Origin: Ostrea edulis
Lineage: Eukaryota
Reading direction: 5' to 3'
Assembly (NCBI RefSeq): GCF_947568905.1
Contig: NC_079168.1
Span: 57,660,001-57,724,000 of the forward strand
DNA length: 64,000 bases
The position numbers and the translations under genes are program-made. This document shows positions 11,455-24,900 of the stretch, one piece after another. Position 1 is the first letter of the stretch. Every line of letters starts with the position of its first letter. The notes below the pieces were generated by a model. It was given only the letters and a program-made list of their open reading frames with translations. It was not told the DNA's origin and made no database searches.

Positions 11455-11647
11455 CAAATAACAATAATAAATTTAACAAGAACAGTCTCAATCACCAATG
11501 CTGTTTGTGTGTGTCTATCACAGTCCGCTTTAATACTGCTTGTACATTAGTACACCTGAAAATGAAATTGAAGAATTACATTGATATCCAAAATGAGTAC
11601 CACAAATGTAATTTATTTCAAACGTAGTTGAAAATCAAAATAAAACA

Positions 11648-12718
11648 TTATTTATTAAGTTTTACCTTTCTGCCAGGGACAATGTTGGAGTTGATAATCC
11701 TTGGTGATCTCCCTTGCAAAATGCCACCGTCAATAAATCCTTGGGATCCAGATGCAGCAGCGGAAGCGGATGCAGCACCGTTTGAAGTAGCAACACTAGC
11801 GGAGGCAGCTGCAGATCCAGGGTTTTGTCCGATAAGAGGACCAACAGGGTATGGTACTCCTTGGAAAGGCTGCATTACAGGACCATTAAGGTGACCTGTG
11901 AGTTGGGATCCAATGAGGCCTCCCATTCCGATTCCTGATCTCAAGTTGGCGTTAGAGGCAGAAGCAGCAGCGAAGGCGGCACCGTGTTGGCTGGCAGAGG
12001 CAGTGCCGGAGGCAGCAGCAGCTCCGGGGTTTTGTCCGGTTAAGATTGGATTAAACATGAAATTGTCGATGCGATTTGTAAATTGAGGTGCAGTAAAACC
12101 TCCCATTCCGATTCTAGGTCCCATCTTGGCGCTAGATGCGGAGGCAGCAGCAGATGAACCACCGACAACATTAGATACTGGCCCAGATGGATAATGGACG
12201 GCTGGCGCTGGGTAAGCAGGTAGTCCATTGAGAGGTCCAATAATCTGTGAGTTTCCATCCATGGCTCTAGCATTAAATCCATTGTTGAGGCCAATTACAC
12301 CTTGATATCCATTAAATCCTCTGTTTGAGGCGGCTGCGGCAGAGGCAGCAGCGTTGAAACCACTTGCAGCTGCTGAAGCAGCAGCTGCGTTTCCACCGAT
12401 GAGTCCGGCATCAAATCCATTGTTGAAGCCAATTACACCTTGATGTCCATTAAATCCTCGGTTTGAGGCGGCTGCGGCAGAGGCAGCAGCGTTTAAACCA
12501 CTGGCAGCTGCGTTTCCTCCATCTAATGGAAAAAACCTGGCTTCAAATCCATTGTCGTTGACACCACTGTGTATACCCCCAGCAACACCTTGCCCATTAA
12601 AGTGGATTTTGTTAGAACATCCGTACTGTCCACATCCTGCTTGAGGATAATTATCCCTTGGAACAGGGATTGCAAATGCACCGGCAATAAGACAGAGAAC
12701 GGCAACAGCACGGATCAT
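11648..12718 (-). CDS. Silk-like poly-Ala secreted protein, copy B1 (356 aa)
   Basis: Intact ORF with hydrophobic 16-aa N-terminus, GxN(A)nS motifs and basic C-terminal tail GRKVKLNK; splice acceptor TTTTGTAG directly before the ATG. Confidence 0.92.
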   Translation of the reverse strand: MIRAVAVLCLIAGAFAIPVPRDNYPQAGCGQYGCSNKIHFNGQGVAGGIHSGVNDNGFEARFFPLDGGNAAASGLNAAASAAAASNRGFNGHQGVIGFNNGFDAGLIGGNAAAASAAASGFNAAASAAAASNRGFNGYQGVIGLNNGFNARAMDGNSQIIGPLNGLPAYPAPAVHYPSGPVSNVVGGSSAAASASSAKMGPRIGMGGFTAPQFTNRIDNFMFNPILTGQNPGAAAASGTASASQHGAAFAAASASNANLRSGIGMGGLIGSQLTGHLNGPVMQPFQGVPYPVGPLIGQNPGSAAASASVATSNGAASASAAASGSQGFIDGGILQGRSPRIINSNIVPGRKVKLNK

Positions 12719-13809
12719 CTACAAAACAGACGAAAATAAACTTCATTTGCTTCATGATTTGATTAAGTCAGATATAAGCGTTTCAGTTTATATTTAAACC
12801 ACCCTTTCCACAATGAGAATAATTTCAAGAAATGTTTAAAGTTTTTTCGTGATAGAATTGATTAAACGATATCAAAATTACTTGATTATAAACCATTTTG
12901 TGTTGGCTGTTACGGACAGTTTTTAATAAATATTAATGTTTGATTAATTACGCAATACTTTTAAGAATGGTTAGTATTTTAAAAAAAATTTGAGATGAAT
13001 CATTTCGATTTGTTGATATATGTATCTCCATTGATCATAAATTTGATCTCATTATGATGGATTGGCTACCTTAAGTTTGATTGGAATAATAATGAGGAGA
13101 GATAATCCGATTGCACATTTCTTACCAACCAACATAGAAAGGAAGGAAAATCTTATATTTTCTAAATTAATAGAAATAGGCCTGGATATTTTGAAATTAG
13201 AATAAAAGATAGGAAATTGGAACTTTGGCAGTCTGTATCATACCAGATTACTGTTAACGGAAAAAATATTCTTACGTTTCGAATTTTGGATCTTCAAATT
13301 GTAAATTGGAATTTATGACATATTGTCTTCAACTCAGGAGGGAATCTTTGTTAACGAAAACCCCTAAATATGATAGATATTTTCTAAGTCTGACCAAATG
13401 CATGATGCTTACTCCTCCTAGGCACCTGATCCCACTTCTGTATATCCAGGGGTGAACTCTCTATTTTGTATTGCTTATACCCAAATTATAGGAGTTATGA
13501 GGTTGATCACTGTTCGTTATCTTCACCTTTCATGTCATATTCATCTCTTCATAGCTTTATATCGCTGGTCATATAGGTTCATTTCATGTGATTTTTTTTA
13601 ATAAACTACCTGTATTATAGATGTATTCTCTGATTTTTATATTTAACATTATTACTTGCAAAATTGTTATTTATTTACAAGAAAACGATACAATGAGTCG
13701 AAGATATTAAATTAAATTAAGAAGAATATATTAAGAAGAAAATATTTCTTTTCATTTCATCGCATTTTTCTTCGGAAATTCATATTGTAAATTTTGATTG
13801 GAATCTCAC

Positions 13810-14009
13810 CTTGAAATCGTTGAGTCGGTACCTGAGGAGACTTAGACGATAAGTGTTGATTACTTCTAAATCTTCAATATTTATACATTTAGCTCGGTAA
13901 CGTAATCAGGAAGAATATCATTGCGGTTCGAACATTTCTGATTACTCAGTAAAATTTAATTCAGTATCATTGGGTCGTTTTAATTAGAAACAATGTGAAT
14001 AGGTCATTA
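13810..14009 (-). promoter_or_regulatory. B1 promoter plus non-coding exon 1 (~13857-13810)
   Basis: TATAAATA at 13885-13878, donor CAAG|GTGAGA, same conserved block at 13892-14009. Confidence 0.75.
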
Positions 14010-15544
14010 TTGTTTAGAGAATGAATGACGCGCACTTGTTACACGTTCACGAGTAACGTCGTTATCGTACACATTTCTGTCAGTTGATAGCTTTGAAGGA
14101 CTTATTTTAGTTTTTCGTTAACAGGAATCCCCTTGTTTTTCTTTGTTCTTTAATCATCGTTTTTGTAGATGAGAAGTATGTTAAGGAGATAGGACACCAA
14201 GGAATTTATAATTTGCAATTATCTTTCTATATTTGATTTTCCCCATAAATGTGAATTGTGTTAATTGTGAGTATACGAAGAAGAGCATATTCGATTACAT
14301 CGATCACTTAAAGAATTTAATTGATACAGATTAATTAAGATGTGTAAGTTATTCATCTTTTAAGAAGAAATAAGAATTTTAAATTATTTTATCAAAAAAG
14401 ATAGGAATAAAAATTACTGATCATTTGCACCACATTTGTATCAAGTGTAAGGTACACATCGACACTAACTAAAATAAATATATTAACATCAGTTTACTGT
14501 GTATAATATAATTCACTAGATTATTATTAGTGGCTTAATAATTCAATGTATAATAAGTTGAATTTAAGGTCAAGTATAATCCATAATCCACGGCGGGTGT
14601 GACGGGTCCACATGGGAGGTGCACTTGATCCAGGGTCCGTGTTTGCCCTATTCTTAATTTTGTATCTCTCGAAATAAACTGAAGTCAAAACAAAAGAAAA
14701 CTCAAACTTGAGTTTGAGATCTTTTCCAGAAATCTAAGCCAGGATACACGAATGGTCCAAAATACACTAAAATATTGCATAAATATGAATTGACAAGCTG
14801 TTATTAACAATATCATTTTTTTATTTTGTCATTATTATAAGTATGTTTAGGATCAGCAAATGTAAAACAAGGTCGATTCTCGTGGCAGTATTTTGTTTCT
14901 GATAGTATTTCAAACAAATAAATGAAAGTCATAAGTATCCTGATACACTTATGAAATAAAGTAGGAAAGTATTACTATGCCTATATAGGTATGTTTAATT
15001 AAAGTGCTCTAATTACACATAAATTTGTTTTGTTTAGAATTATTTTTCTTGATGTGTTAAAGTTCAATGAAAACAGAGGTAACGGCTAATTGATATTTTC
15101 CAATCTTGATTTACATTATGGTTTCCTGGATGAGAAACTAAACAAAATCCCATACATGTCAAATTCAACAAGTTCAGAATACAACGCACAGATGAATTCA
15201 CTATGTGATACATGAATCCACACTTCAGCCCCATATTGGTAATGAAATGAGGACCCGCGGAACCAATGTTACCTGCCGAGGTTCTTACAATGCTTCTATG
15301 AAACGTGTTTCTACTAAATATCAGTCAGCGTATTATTCCCATGAATTCTCATGAATTCTTTCAATATAATATTTGATGAGATATCACATTGCATGAATGT
15401 CTTAGTTAATAAACCATCCATATGTCATGGTTCTGATGAGAAATGGTTTACAGTCTCGGAACTAACCTTAAGATAAATTTGAAATGACATGCAGACATTT
15501 AGGATACTATACATGTACTGAACATCAGTTATACTGTACAATAA

Positions 15545-15550
15545 TTTATT
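15545..15550 (-). terminator. Polyadenylation signal of A2
   Basis: Same conserved AATAAA context. Confidence 0.6.
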
Positions 15551-15740
15551 CAAACAATAATAATAAATTCAACAAACACAGTCTCAATCACCAAAGTTGC
15601 TTGTGTATGTCTATCACAGTCCGTTGAAAGATTTCTCCTACTTTAGTAAACCTGAAAAGCAAAAGAACAATGTTATTGATATCAAAGTGAATATCATCAA
15701 CGTAATGTACTTCAAACGCAGTTGAAAAGATAACAAGCTA

Positions 15741-17051
15741 TCATTTATTAAGTCTCACCTTTCTGCCAGGTACAATGTTGGAGTTGATAATCCTTGGTGA
15801 TCTCCCATGCAAAATGCCACCGTCAATAAATCCTTGGGATCCAGATGCAGCAGCGGACGCGGAAGCGGCACCGTTTGAAGTAGCAACACCAGCAGCAGCA
15901 GCTGCAGCTCCGGGGTTTTGTCCGATAAGGGGACCGACAGGGTATGGTACACCTTGAAAAGGCTGAATTACAGGGCCATTAAAGTGACCTGTGAGTTGGG
16001 ATCCAATGAGACCTCCCATTCCGATTCCTGATCTCAAGTTGGCGTTAGAGGCAGCAGCAGCAGCGGAGGCGGCACCACGTTGGCTGGCAGAGGCAGCGGC
16101 GGAGGCAGCAGCAGCTCCGGGGTTTTGTCCGATTAAGATGGGATTAAAGCCTCCCAATCCGATCCCAGGTCCCATATTGGCACTAGATGCGGAAGCAGCA
16201 GCAGATGAACCACCGACACCATTATATACTGGTCCGGATGGATATTGGACGGCTGGCACTTGGTAAGCAGCTGGTCCATTGAAAGATCCAACAATTTGGG
16301 GATAGGTGGCGACTGAATTTCCACCAATGAGTCCGGCATTTAATCCATTATTGAGGCCCATTACGCCATGTTGTCCACCAACTGCTTGGTTTGAGGCGGC
16401 GGCGGCAGCGGCGGCGGCGGCAGCAGCGTTAAAACCACTTGCAGCTGCTGAGGCAGCAGCTGAGTTACCACCGATGAGTCCGGCATTAAATCCATTATTG
16501 AGGCCCATTACGCCATGTTGTCCAACAACTGCTTGGTTTGAGGCGGCTGCGGCAGCGGCGGCGGCAGCAGCGTTGAAACCACTTGCAGCTGCTGAGGCAG
16601 CAGCTGAGTTTCCACCGATGAGTCCGGCATTAAATCCATTATTGAGACCAATTACGCCATGATGTCCACCAATTGCTTGGTTTGAGGCGGCGGCGGCAGC
16701 GGCGGCAGCGTTGAAACCACTTGCAGCTGCTGAGGCAGCAGCTGAGTTACCACCGATGAGTCCGGCATTAAATCCTCGGTTTGAGGCGGCTGCGGCAGAG
16801 GCAGCAGCGTTGAAACCACTTGCAGCTGCTGAAGCGGCGGCTGAGTTTCCTCCATCTAATGGAAAAAACCTGGCTTCAAATCCATTGTCGTTGACACCAC
16901 TGTGTATACCCCCAGCAACACCTTGTCCATTAAAGTGGATGTTGTGAGAACATCCGTACTGTCCACATCCTGGTTTAGGATAATTATCCCTTGGAACAGG
17001 GATTGCAAATGCAACGGCAATAAGACAGAGAACGGCAACAGCACGGATCAT
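15741..17051 (-). CDS. Silk-like poly-Ala secreted protein, copy A2 (436 aa)
   Basis: Intact ORF with signal peptide, long repeat modules carrying 8/10/11-Ala runs and the conserved C-terminal domain. Confidence 0.92.
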   Translation of the reverse strand: MIRAVAVLCLIAVAFAIPVPRDNYPKPGCGQYGCSHNIHFNGQGVAGGIHSGVNDNGFEARFFPLDGGNSAAASAAASGFNAAASAAAASNRGFNAGLIGGNSAAASAAASGFNAAAAAAAASNQAIGGHHGVIGLNNGFNAGLIGGNSAAASAAASGFNAAAAAAAAAASNQAVVGQHGVMGLNNGFNAGLIGGNSAAASAAASGFNAAAAAAAAAAASNQAVGGQHGVMGLNNGLNAGLIGGNSVATYPQIVGSFNGPAAYQVPAVQYPSGPVYNGVGGSSAAASASSANMGPGIGLGGFNPILIGQNPGAAAASAAASASQRGAASAAAAASNANLRSGIGMGGLIGSQLTGHFNGPVIQPFQGVPYPVGPLIGQNPGAAAAAAGVATSNGAASASAAASGSQGFIDGGILHGRSPRIINSNIVPGRKVRLNK

Positions 17052-17991
17052 CTAGAAAACAGACGAAAATCAACTTCATTTGCTTAAAAAAAGTAAGATT
17101 TCACAGTTTATATCTAAGGCACTCTGTACAGAATGAAAATAATATCAACAAATTTCAGGGGGGGGGGGGTCCTGATAGAATTGATTTCAAAATTATAGAA
17201 ATTTATTATAATCCAGAGCGTGTTTGCTTTAAGGACAGACACTGGGAAGATTTTTTTTACTCCTGTATATTTATTTCTGTTGTTTACTCAAATTGTTAAA
17301 ATTATTTATTTCTTTGAAATTTCTGCCTGAAAGATGTATATAAAGAATGCTTTCCGTAGACATTAATGTTTAAATAATTACGCCATACTTTTAGGGATGG
17401 TTAGTATTTCGCGACGAATCATCTTGATGTTTTAAAAGTATTGAAATCGATACTGATCATGTAGTGATATATGCATCTCCATTGATCATAAATTTGATCT
17501 CATTATGATGGATTGGTTACCTTAAGCTTGATTGGAATAATAATGAGGAGAGATGATTCGATTACACATTTCTTACTAACCAACATTGAAAGGAAGAAAA
17601 ATCTGATAATTTTTAAATTAATAGAAACAGGCCTGGAGATTTTGAAATTGGGATAAAAGATAGGAAATTTAAATTTTGGCAATCTGTATCATACCAGGCT
17701 ACTATTTTATGAAGAGTAAAATATTACCGTTTAAAGAAAAAAGAATGTTCCTACGTTTCGAATTTTAGATCTTAGTGTATAAGTTCATTTTCATTTCATA
17801 CAATTTTTTACCAACTACGTGTAATATAATCTCCGATTTTTATATTTAGCATTATTACTTGCAAAATTGTTATTCATTTTACAGCAAGAAGTCTAAGATA
17901 TTAAGAATTGAATTAAGAAGAAATACACTTTTTAGGTTTCATCGCACTTTTCTTGAGAAATTCATAGTGTAAAGTTGGATTGGAGTCTCAC

Positions 17992-18191
17992 CTTGAAATC
18001 GTTGTGTCGGTACCTGAGCAGACCTAGACGTTAAGTGTTGATTAATTCTAAATCTTCAATATTTATACATTTAGCTCGGTAACGTAATCAGGAAGAATAT
18101 CATTGCGGTTCGAACATTTCTGATTACTCAGTAAAATTTAATTCAGTATCATTGGGTCGTTTTAATTAGAAACAATGTGAATAGGTCATTA
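17992..18191 (-). promoter_or_regulatory. A2 promoter plus non-coding exon 1 (~18039-17992)
   Basis: TATAAATA at 18067-18060, same donor, block at 18074-18191. Confidence 0.75.
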
Positions 18192-20605
18192 AGGTGTAAA
18201 GAATGAATGACGCAATGCTTTTTCCACGTTCGCTAGTAATGTCATTATCGTACACATTTCTGTCAATTGATGGCTTTAAAGTACTTATTTTAGTTTTTCG
18301 CTGACAGGGGTTCTCCCATTTTTCTTTGGATTTTATTCATCGTTTTTATAGATTTATTATTAAAGATGAGAAGTATATTAAGGGGATGGGACACCAAGGA
18401 GTCAATTATCTTCCTATCTTTGAAGTTCTCCACAAATGTATATTGTGTTATATTTAATTGTTAGTATACCAAGATGTATATTGTGTTATATTTAATTGTT
18501 AGTATACCAAGATGAGTCTATTCCATTATATCAATAACTTAAAAGATTTAATTGATATAGATTAAGAATTGTGAATTATTCAACTTTTAAGAAAAAATAA
18601 GAATTTTAAATTAATTTATCAAAAAAGATAGGAATAAAAATCACCGATCATTTGCACCACATTCGTATCAAGTGTAAGGTACACATCGACACTAACTAAA
18701 ATAAATATATTAACATCAGTTTACTGTGTATAATATAATTCACTAGATTATTATTAGTGGCTTAATAATTCAATGTATAATAAGTTGAATTTAACGTCAA
18801 GTATAATCCACGGCGGGTGTGACGGGTCTACATGGGAGGTGCTCCTGATCCCACCCCTGGTATGTCCAGGGTCCGTCTTTGCCCTCCTCTCTTAATTTTG
18901 AATCTTTTATAGGATTTATGACATTGATCAATTTCGTTTTCTTCACTTGTTCATTAAGTTAATAAGTGCAACTTATCTAAAATTTGAAACAGAAAATATT
19001 CTCTTGTTATCCATTGAATTCACAATAAATTCAATGACAAAAAAAATAATAAATAAAAAATAAATGAGTAAATAACATCTGGGAAAATATGGTTATTATA
19101 AAATCGATTTCAAAATATGAGTAAAGTTATCATCTATTTTACTATATATAAGGCTATATTTCATATATCAGTACAATTTCAGTAATTAATAGATATATTA
19201 ATGATAGTCATCAAAATAGCAAATTAAATCAGTCAATGTGGGTTTTATCAAAGCAAAGTATTGATATATAATTTTGGATTTTATTTGTAGGTCATCGACC
19301 GTAAGTGATATTAATATTAATTGAGAAATACACCTGTAAGCAATATTTAAGTGTCAACAAATTTAAATGGTGAGGATTGCCATTTCAAACTGTTATACGC
19401 TTCTTGTCCATTTGATTCAAAATATGACGAATTGACAACATTTTGAAGAATTATACAACTGAGAGTTTTATTGTTAAATTGATACATAATACATCAGAAT
19501 GATCAGTGAAGGTCTTAATTTACTTGAATACAAACACTTAGAAGAGAGTTGAAAATATTTTCAATGGATGGCAATTAATGATAAAATCAAATAAAAATAT
19601 CTCCTGCATTTTTCAGAAGCAAATCGAAAGCAAATTCACTTTCGAAGTGATGTATAAATGATGTATACAACAAAATACATGTAATTTGTTCGAGTAAAAA
19701 TACTAATGTCACTGTTTAACACGCTTTATCACGGAAGTAAGAACTATGGTATTGTGACTGTCGTTGTGTTATTTCAAATAACACTTCATACCTGACCATA
19801 ATCGTAACCTTTAGAACATGACAACTTCAACTGTTTCGTCATGGCATCTTAATCGACACTTTATCCATCTGAGGAAACAGACGTGTATTGTTCGACATTA
19901 ATATTCACAGAATAGCAAATTTCAGACCTCGTTACACTCGTTTTACGAAAGGAAAGATCAACACCGATCCGTTGTTTGAATTCATTTAGCTTCACTTTCA
20001 CAGAATAGCAGTTAAAATTTATCACTGTTGTCCCTTATCGCGTATAGCGTGATTTATGAATAAAAGACGGAGAACCAGATACATATACATGAAGTAAACA
20101 CAGCGCCCAGATGTTTGTTTACAAAGCGAAAATAAATATCGGTAAAATTGAGGAGTATCTACATGCAAAATTTTATCAGGTCACTAATTCACTTAGTATA
20201 TTGTTTTATCAGGTCACTAATTCACTTAGTATATTGTTTTTGGTCTACGTCCATCATAGTGCGTCGTCTTTTATTGGTTAATTTCTTCCTAAGAATAGTT
20301 ATAACTAGCATTCTAATTCTTATATAAATTCAGTATAAAGTATCTTAGGGACAAGGGGGGGGGGGGGGGGGGGGATTGTCTGAATTCCTGCACCTCCGCG
20401 ATCTTAAAGGCGGTCCGGAGAAGTTTGATTCCTCTCAAAAAGGATGGGAACATGGATGACGTTGCTTTAAAAGATATTTCTTGGTTTTAATCTTGTTACT
20501 TTTGCTGTTTCGTCGCTGACAATTATCTAAAGAGGTTTGAAATACGAAAGCTCTTTGACTAGTGTCGGTGTTTCTCTCTTTTACATACATTGTACATACA
20601 TTATT

Positions 20606-21990
20606 GGACACGAATTGTGCTCCGATGTTAGCTGACCTGTTTATATATTTTATGAAGCAGAGTTTATTCAAAAGCTTCTACATGAGAAGAAAAAATGTCT
20701 TACTGTTGCCTTTAACTCGACAACTAGATATATCGACGACGCTTTATTTCTTAACAATAATCATTTTCATTTATATGTCGATTCGATATACCCCTGTGAA
20801 CTCAAAATGAAGGACACTTCAGAGCCCTCCACATCTGCTTCGTACTTCAATATTTTATTCGAAATGAATATCAACGCGAAACCAACAACTCGACTTAATG
20901 AAAAACGGAATGACGAGTGTACCATGAACTGTCTAACAATTGGTATGAAACATGTTAGACTGCATTTGACCCAATCATATGTTGATTGTGAAACTATATC
21001 GTTATAACGATCATATAATTTGCAAAATGCTGACTTTAAACGAGACTGTTGAAACCCCTGGACCATCGATTTGACTGTCACTAGGCTGCTTCGATACAAA
21101 ACCTGACAATACGGAGAACAAGCTCTTGCGTATCGAATCAGTTGAGAGATAAAAACACCATATGGAGGTGATAATGGAATATTGCTACATAAATATGGGA
21201 AGTTGACGATGGAGAAGCTGAAATCATCCCGTTTGTCATAAAGTTGAGTTGTTAGTTAGCCGTTAATATCTGCTTTCAATAAAATATCTGAAGCAGAAGT
21301 GGACGACTCTGGGTGTCTTTTATTTCGAGTTTACTGGGATATATCGAATCGACATGTGAATGAAAAATGTTGTTAACAGATGAATCGGCGTTAATATATT
21401 TATATGTCAAATTGAAGGCCACAGCAATAAAAAAAATTCACGTAGAAGTTTTTGAAAAACTTCTGCTTCATAGGAATATAAAATCAGGTCAGCTAACAAA
21501 GGAGCACAAATCGTGCCCATGGGAATTCCAACAGACCGTTGGAAGACCTGATCTCAAAATACTACAAAGATTTGTCAATGAGGAACTCCAGCATATTTAT
21601 TAAAAACTTCAGAGTACTCGTACGTGGAATCAGAGTGGTGTTTACCCAAGTAAGTTTTTTGATGACTGATCACTAGATAGGAATATTTGCGTTTTCCATT
21701 TTTGTTGAAGAAGCAAATTTCTATGATGTCAAAAAGTCTAGTCTTTAATTTATGGTGAGGAATGGTCGTGTAAAGTGTTGGAAAGTCATACGTTTTGATG
21801 TTGTTGATTTGAGAAAAGTTTTGTGATTTCAATTTGATTAAAAGTTCTTTAGAATTTTTTAGAATCCACATTTGATTTACACCACTTCTGGCAGATGTAG
21901 TCGCAGAGTACGTTTGAAGTGTCTCCTTCACAGCTGTTAATGCATGTATTTTCGTGAGGATCAAAGATAGGTACTTGGTAGAACACTTAC
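20606..21990. mobile_element. Duplicate of the Naiad-type fragments in unit 2
   Basis: Near-identical to 4421-5800. Confidence 0.8.
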
Positions 21991-24900
21991 AATGTTTTGG
22001 ATACCTACTTCCGTTCCTGCCTGGGGTTAAACTCACGACCTACGGACCCATATTTCCTAGCAGCGTGTGTACAACGCACATATAGGGAAGTCTAAAAACT
22101 GGTTTTTGTTGACGATGGAATTCTCCTCAGGCCTTTCTTCGCTACACGATCACTGGATACAGTTACTTGACCTAGATCTAAGAGCAGTACAAGATACAAG
22201 GAGTTCCAGCAGTACAAAATACACGCTGCATTTGAAATATTTTATAAAAGCTCAAAGATGGCAATCCAAAGTGTCGTATCTAATAGTATGTAGTAGTATA
22301 TTATATATATAGATATATATAGATATATATATATATATACCAGCTCCCTATTTCGGAGAATGATTTATAATTTAATATTCTTATAGTGTAATATCCATAA
22401 TGTGTCCAATCATACTATCGTTCAACAGAATAGTTCTAATATCTATGGAAGACTTCTACTGTACCAAGGCTCTGCTAGGAGACAGAGGCGAATAAAACAC
22501 AGTGGGGGTAGTAATCTCTCTGCGGTTTTGAAAACAAGACAAACGCAATCACATTTGAAAGAATTTAAGACATGCTTACCACAAAGCTATTGTCAGAGGA
22601 AAGATTGAATGAAGGTGTAAAATTATGTAATTGTTTTTAAACATCCTTAAACAAGAACGAAGAATGACAGCCTTTGTGTTGATTTGAAATTACACTTTGT
22701 AGCTGGTCATATTCCTAACCTGTAGGTGACCACGACAAGTGAAAGTGTGCGTCATGGCATCTTACCGTCTTGTTATCTGTTTGAGGATACAGCCATGAGC
22801 TGGCCTTCTTCAAAATCATTTTATTCAAACATTAGGAAATAGCACATATTATGTTCCCCAAACTTATTATTCTTTTTCTCCCGTACTTTTAAATGTTATC
22901 ATTTTATCATGTAAATATATTGCGATACTTTTCATTTATACAAAAATTGTACAAGAAATAAAGAAGCACAATTCCTAGAAATCCAGTCTCACAACGATAA
23001 TGAACTTTCAAGTGAAATCCCTTTGAAAGCATTATAGATATATGATGTGGTGAAAATGATAAGTCGGCATGTATTTTGTATATGATGATTGAAATATACA
23101 CGTGTTACAATTAGCACGACTGATTTTCCATAAAATAAATGTACTGTCAAATCGTGAAATTTAACAAATAGGATTTTTATAATGAAAAGGGAAGATAACA
23201 AATAGTATTTCTTTCTATTCAAACATTACTTATTTATTTCATAACAATGCATATTTTACAATATTGATATGCATTGTTTTATTTCAGCATGGCGATGCAT
23301 CTCTATCGTCTAATGTACACAATGTGCATGCATACAGAAGGCGAATACTATTTTTGTAGATGAGAGAAAAGAGTGATGTTTTCAATCTGGTTTCTAAGAT
23401 ATTCCAAGTTTATGTAACTTCAAACCCCTAACCTTATAGTATTGAAGGCAATTTTTACATTTAGTAAATTTGATTAATATATTATGCTGTCTGTTATAAT
23501 TCATATATTGTGACCTGTATTTTGATTTGTGATTTAAAGATTGAATTTCGAATCTTGTATTTCGAATGTCAAATGAGCCTACTAGGTTTTCGTATAACCC
23601 CCTTTTCAAAATATCATTTAGCCTTTGATTGTTAAGTCGTTCTATACGCAGTGATTTTGACTACGTTTTACCTGATCAAGACCAAGGGCAGTACAAGATA
23701 ATATTTGATTCACAGAGGGTGTACCCAGGCAACAAGGAATGTTTATCCCTCCTAAGCATCTGATCCCACCTCTGGTGTGTCCAGGGATCCGTGTTTGTCC
23801 TATTCTCAATTTTGTATTCTTTATAAAATATATTACTGTTCGTTATCTTTAACTCTTTTATACTAATAGCTGTACCTAATCCATGTGAAAATGTCTGTAC
23901 CAAACTTGATCATTTTCCCCTTCGTATGGAATGGTCGCCATCCTCTGATGGAATAAGATGCCATTGGAAATGATAATGTGCATGGTGAAATGAAAATGAT
24001 CAATATAACTGCTAGGCCTTAATGATAGCTCTGAAACATTTTCGGATGAGACAACTAATATCTTCATACATGTATAAATATCTTCATAATCTTTTACCAA
24101 AATTAAACCTTGCAAAACGTTTGGGTTGTGGGGTAGAGTAACATGGCTACGTCAACAAACGAAATCATTTGAAGCTGTGAGTTTTCGGTTCGTATGGGGC
24201 TTTAATGAATATATTTAAAGGTATGTTTGGACACAAGTATAGTAGGAAAATATGTTAAGAATTTTTTTTATATTAAATTTATCTGACAGCAACACAAGAA
24301 TACAACGATATCAGGCCTCAACCGTGCGCAGCTTTTTGTGCGCAGTAAATCCAAGGTTTTTATAGGGGGTGGATCTGTAGCTCTCTGTCCGTCACTTTTT
24401 CTCAGAGAGCTACAGTTCTGCAGCTAGAGTAAATTAAAAGTATCATAAAGTCTATTCAAACCAGTTGTGAGTTCATCAGATGTGGATTGAACAAATTTGT
24501 AAAGAATACATTCTCTCAGTAGCTATAGTAGATATGCTGATATTTTGCAATCCTAGTATTCATTTGGAAAGGAAATTAATGTTGATAAAAATATGCATCG
24601 TTGTAAGATTTATTTATTGATGACCTCATTCATGAAGTTGGTTCTTCTTATACATATAGTGCTTATTCTGATAGTTATCCAAAGGTTAAAGCCAATTTTA
24701 TAGATTTCATTGGTATAATACATGCAATAAAAGGATGGATAAAAATTATTGAGTTGGAAGGTAGCATGCCAAAATTTCCGAATCCCTTTCTTTACCAAGC
24801 ATCTTTTCCACGGAAAAAAATGCAAGAAATCGAAGCTATTTTATGAAGTTTTCAACCATAATGAAAGCTTCTCTATCGTCAACTTTCCATATTTATGCAG

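Larger units (their letters stand above)
1..14665. repeat. Segmental duplication unit 1 (A1 + spacer + B1 + B1 upstream)
   Basis: Base 1 aligns with 16142; colinear and highly similar to 16142..~30165 apart from indels. Confidence 0.9.
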
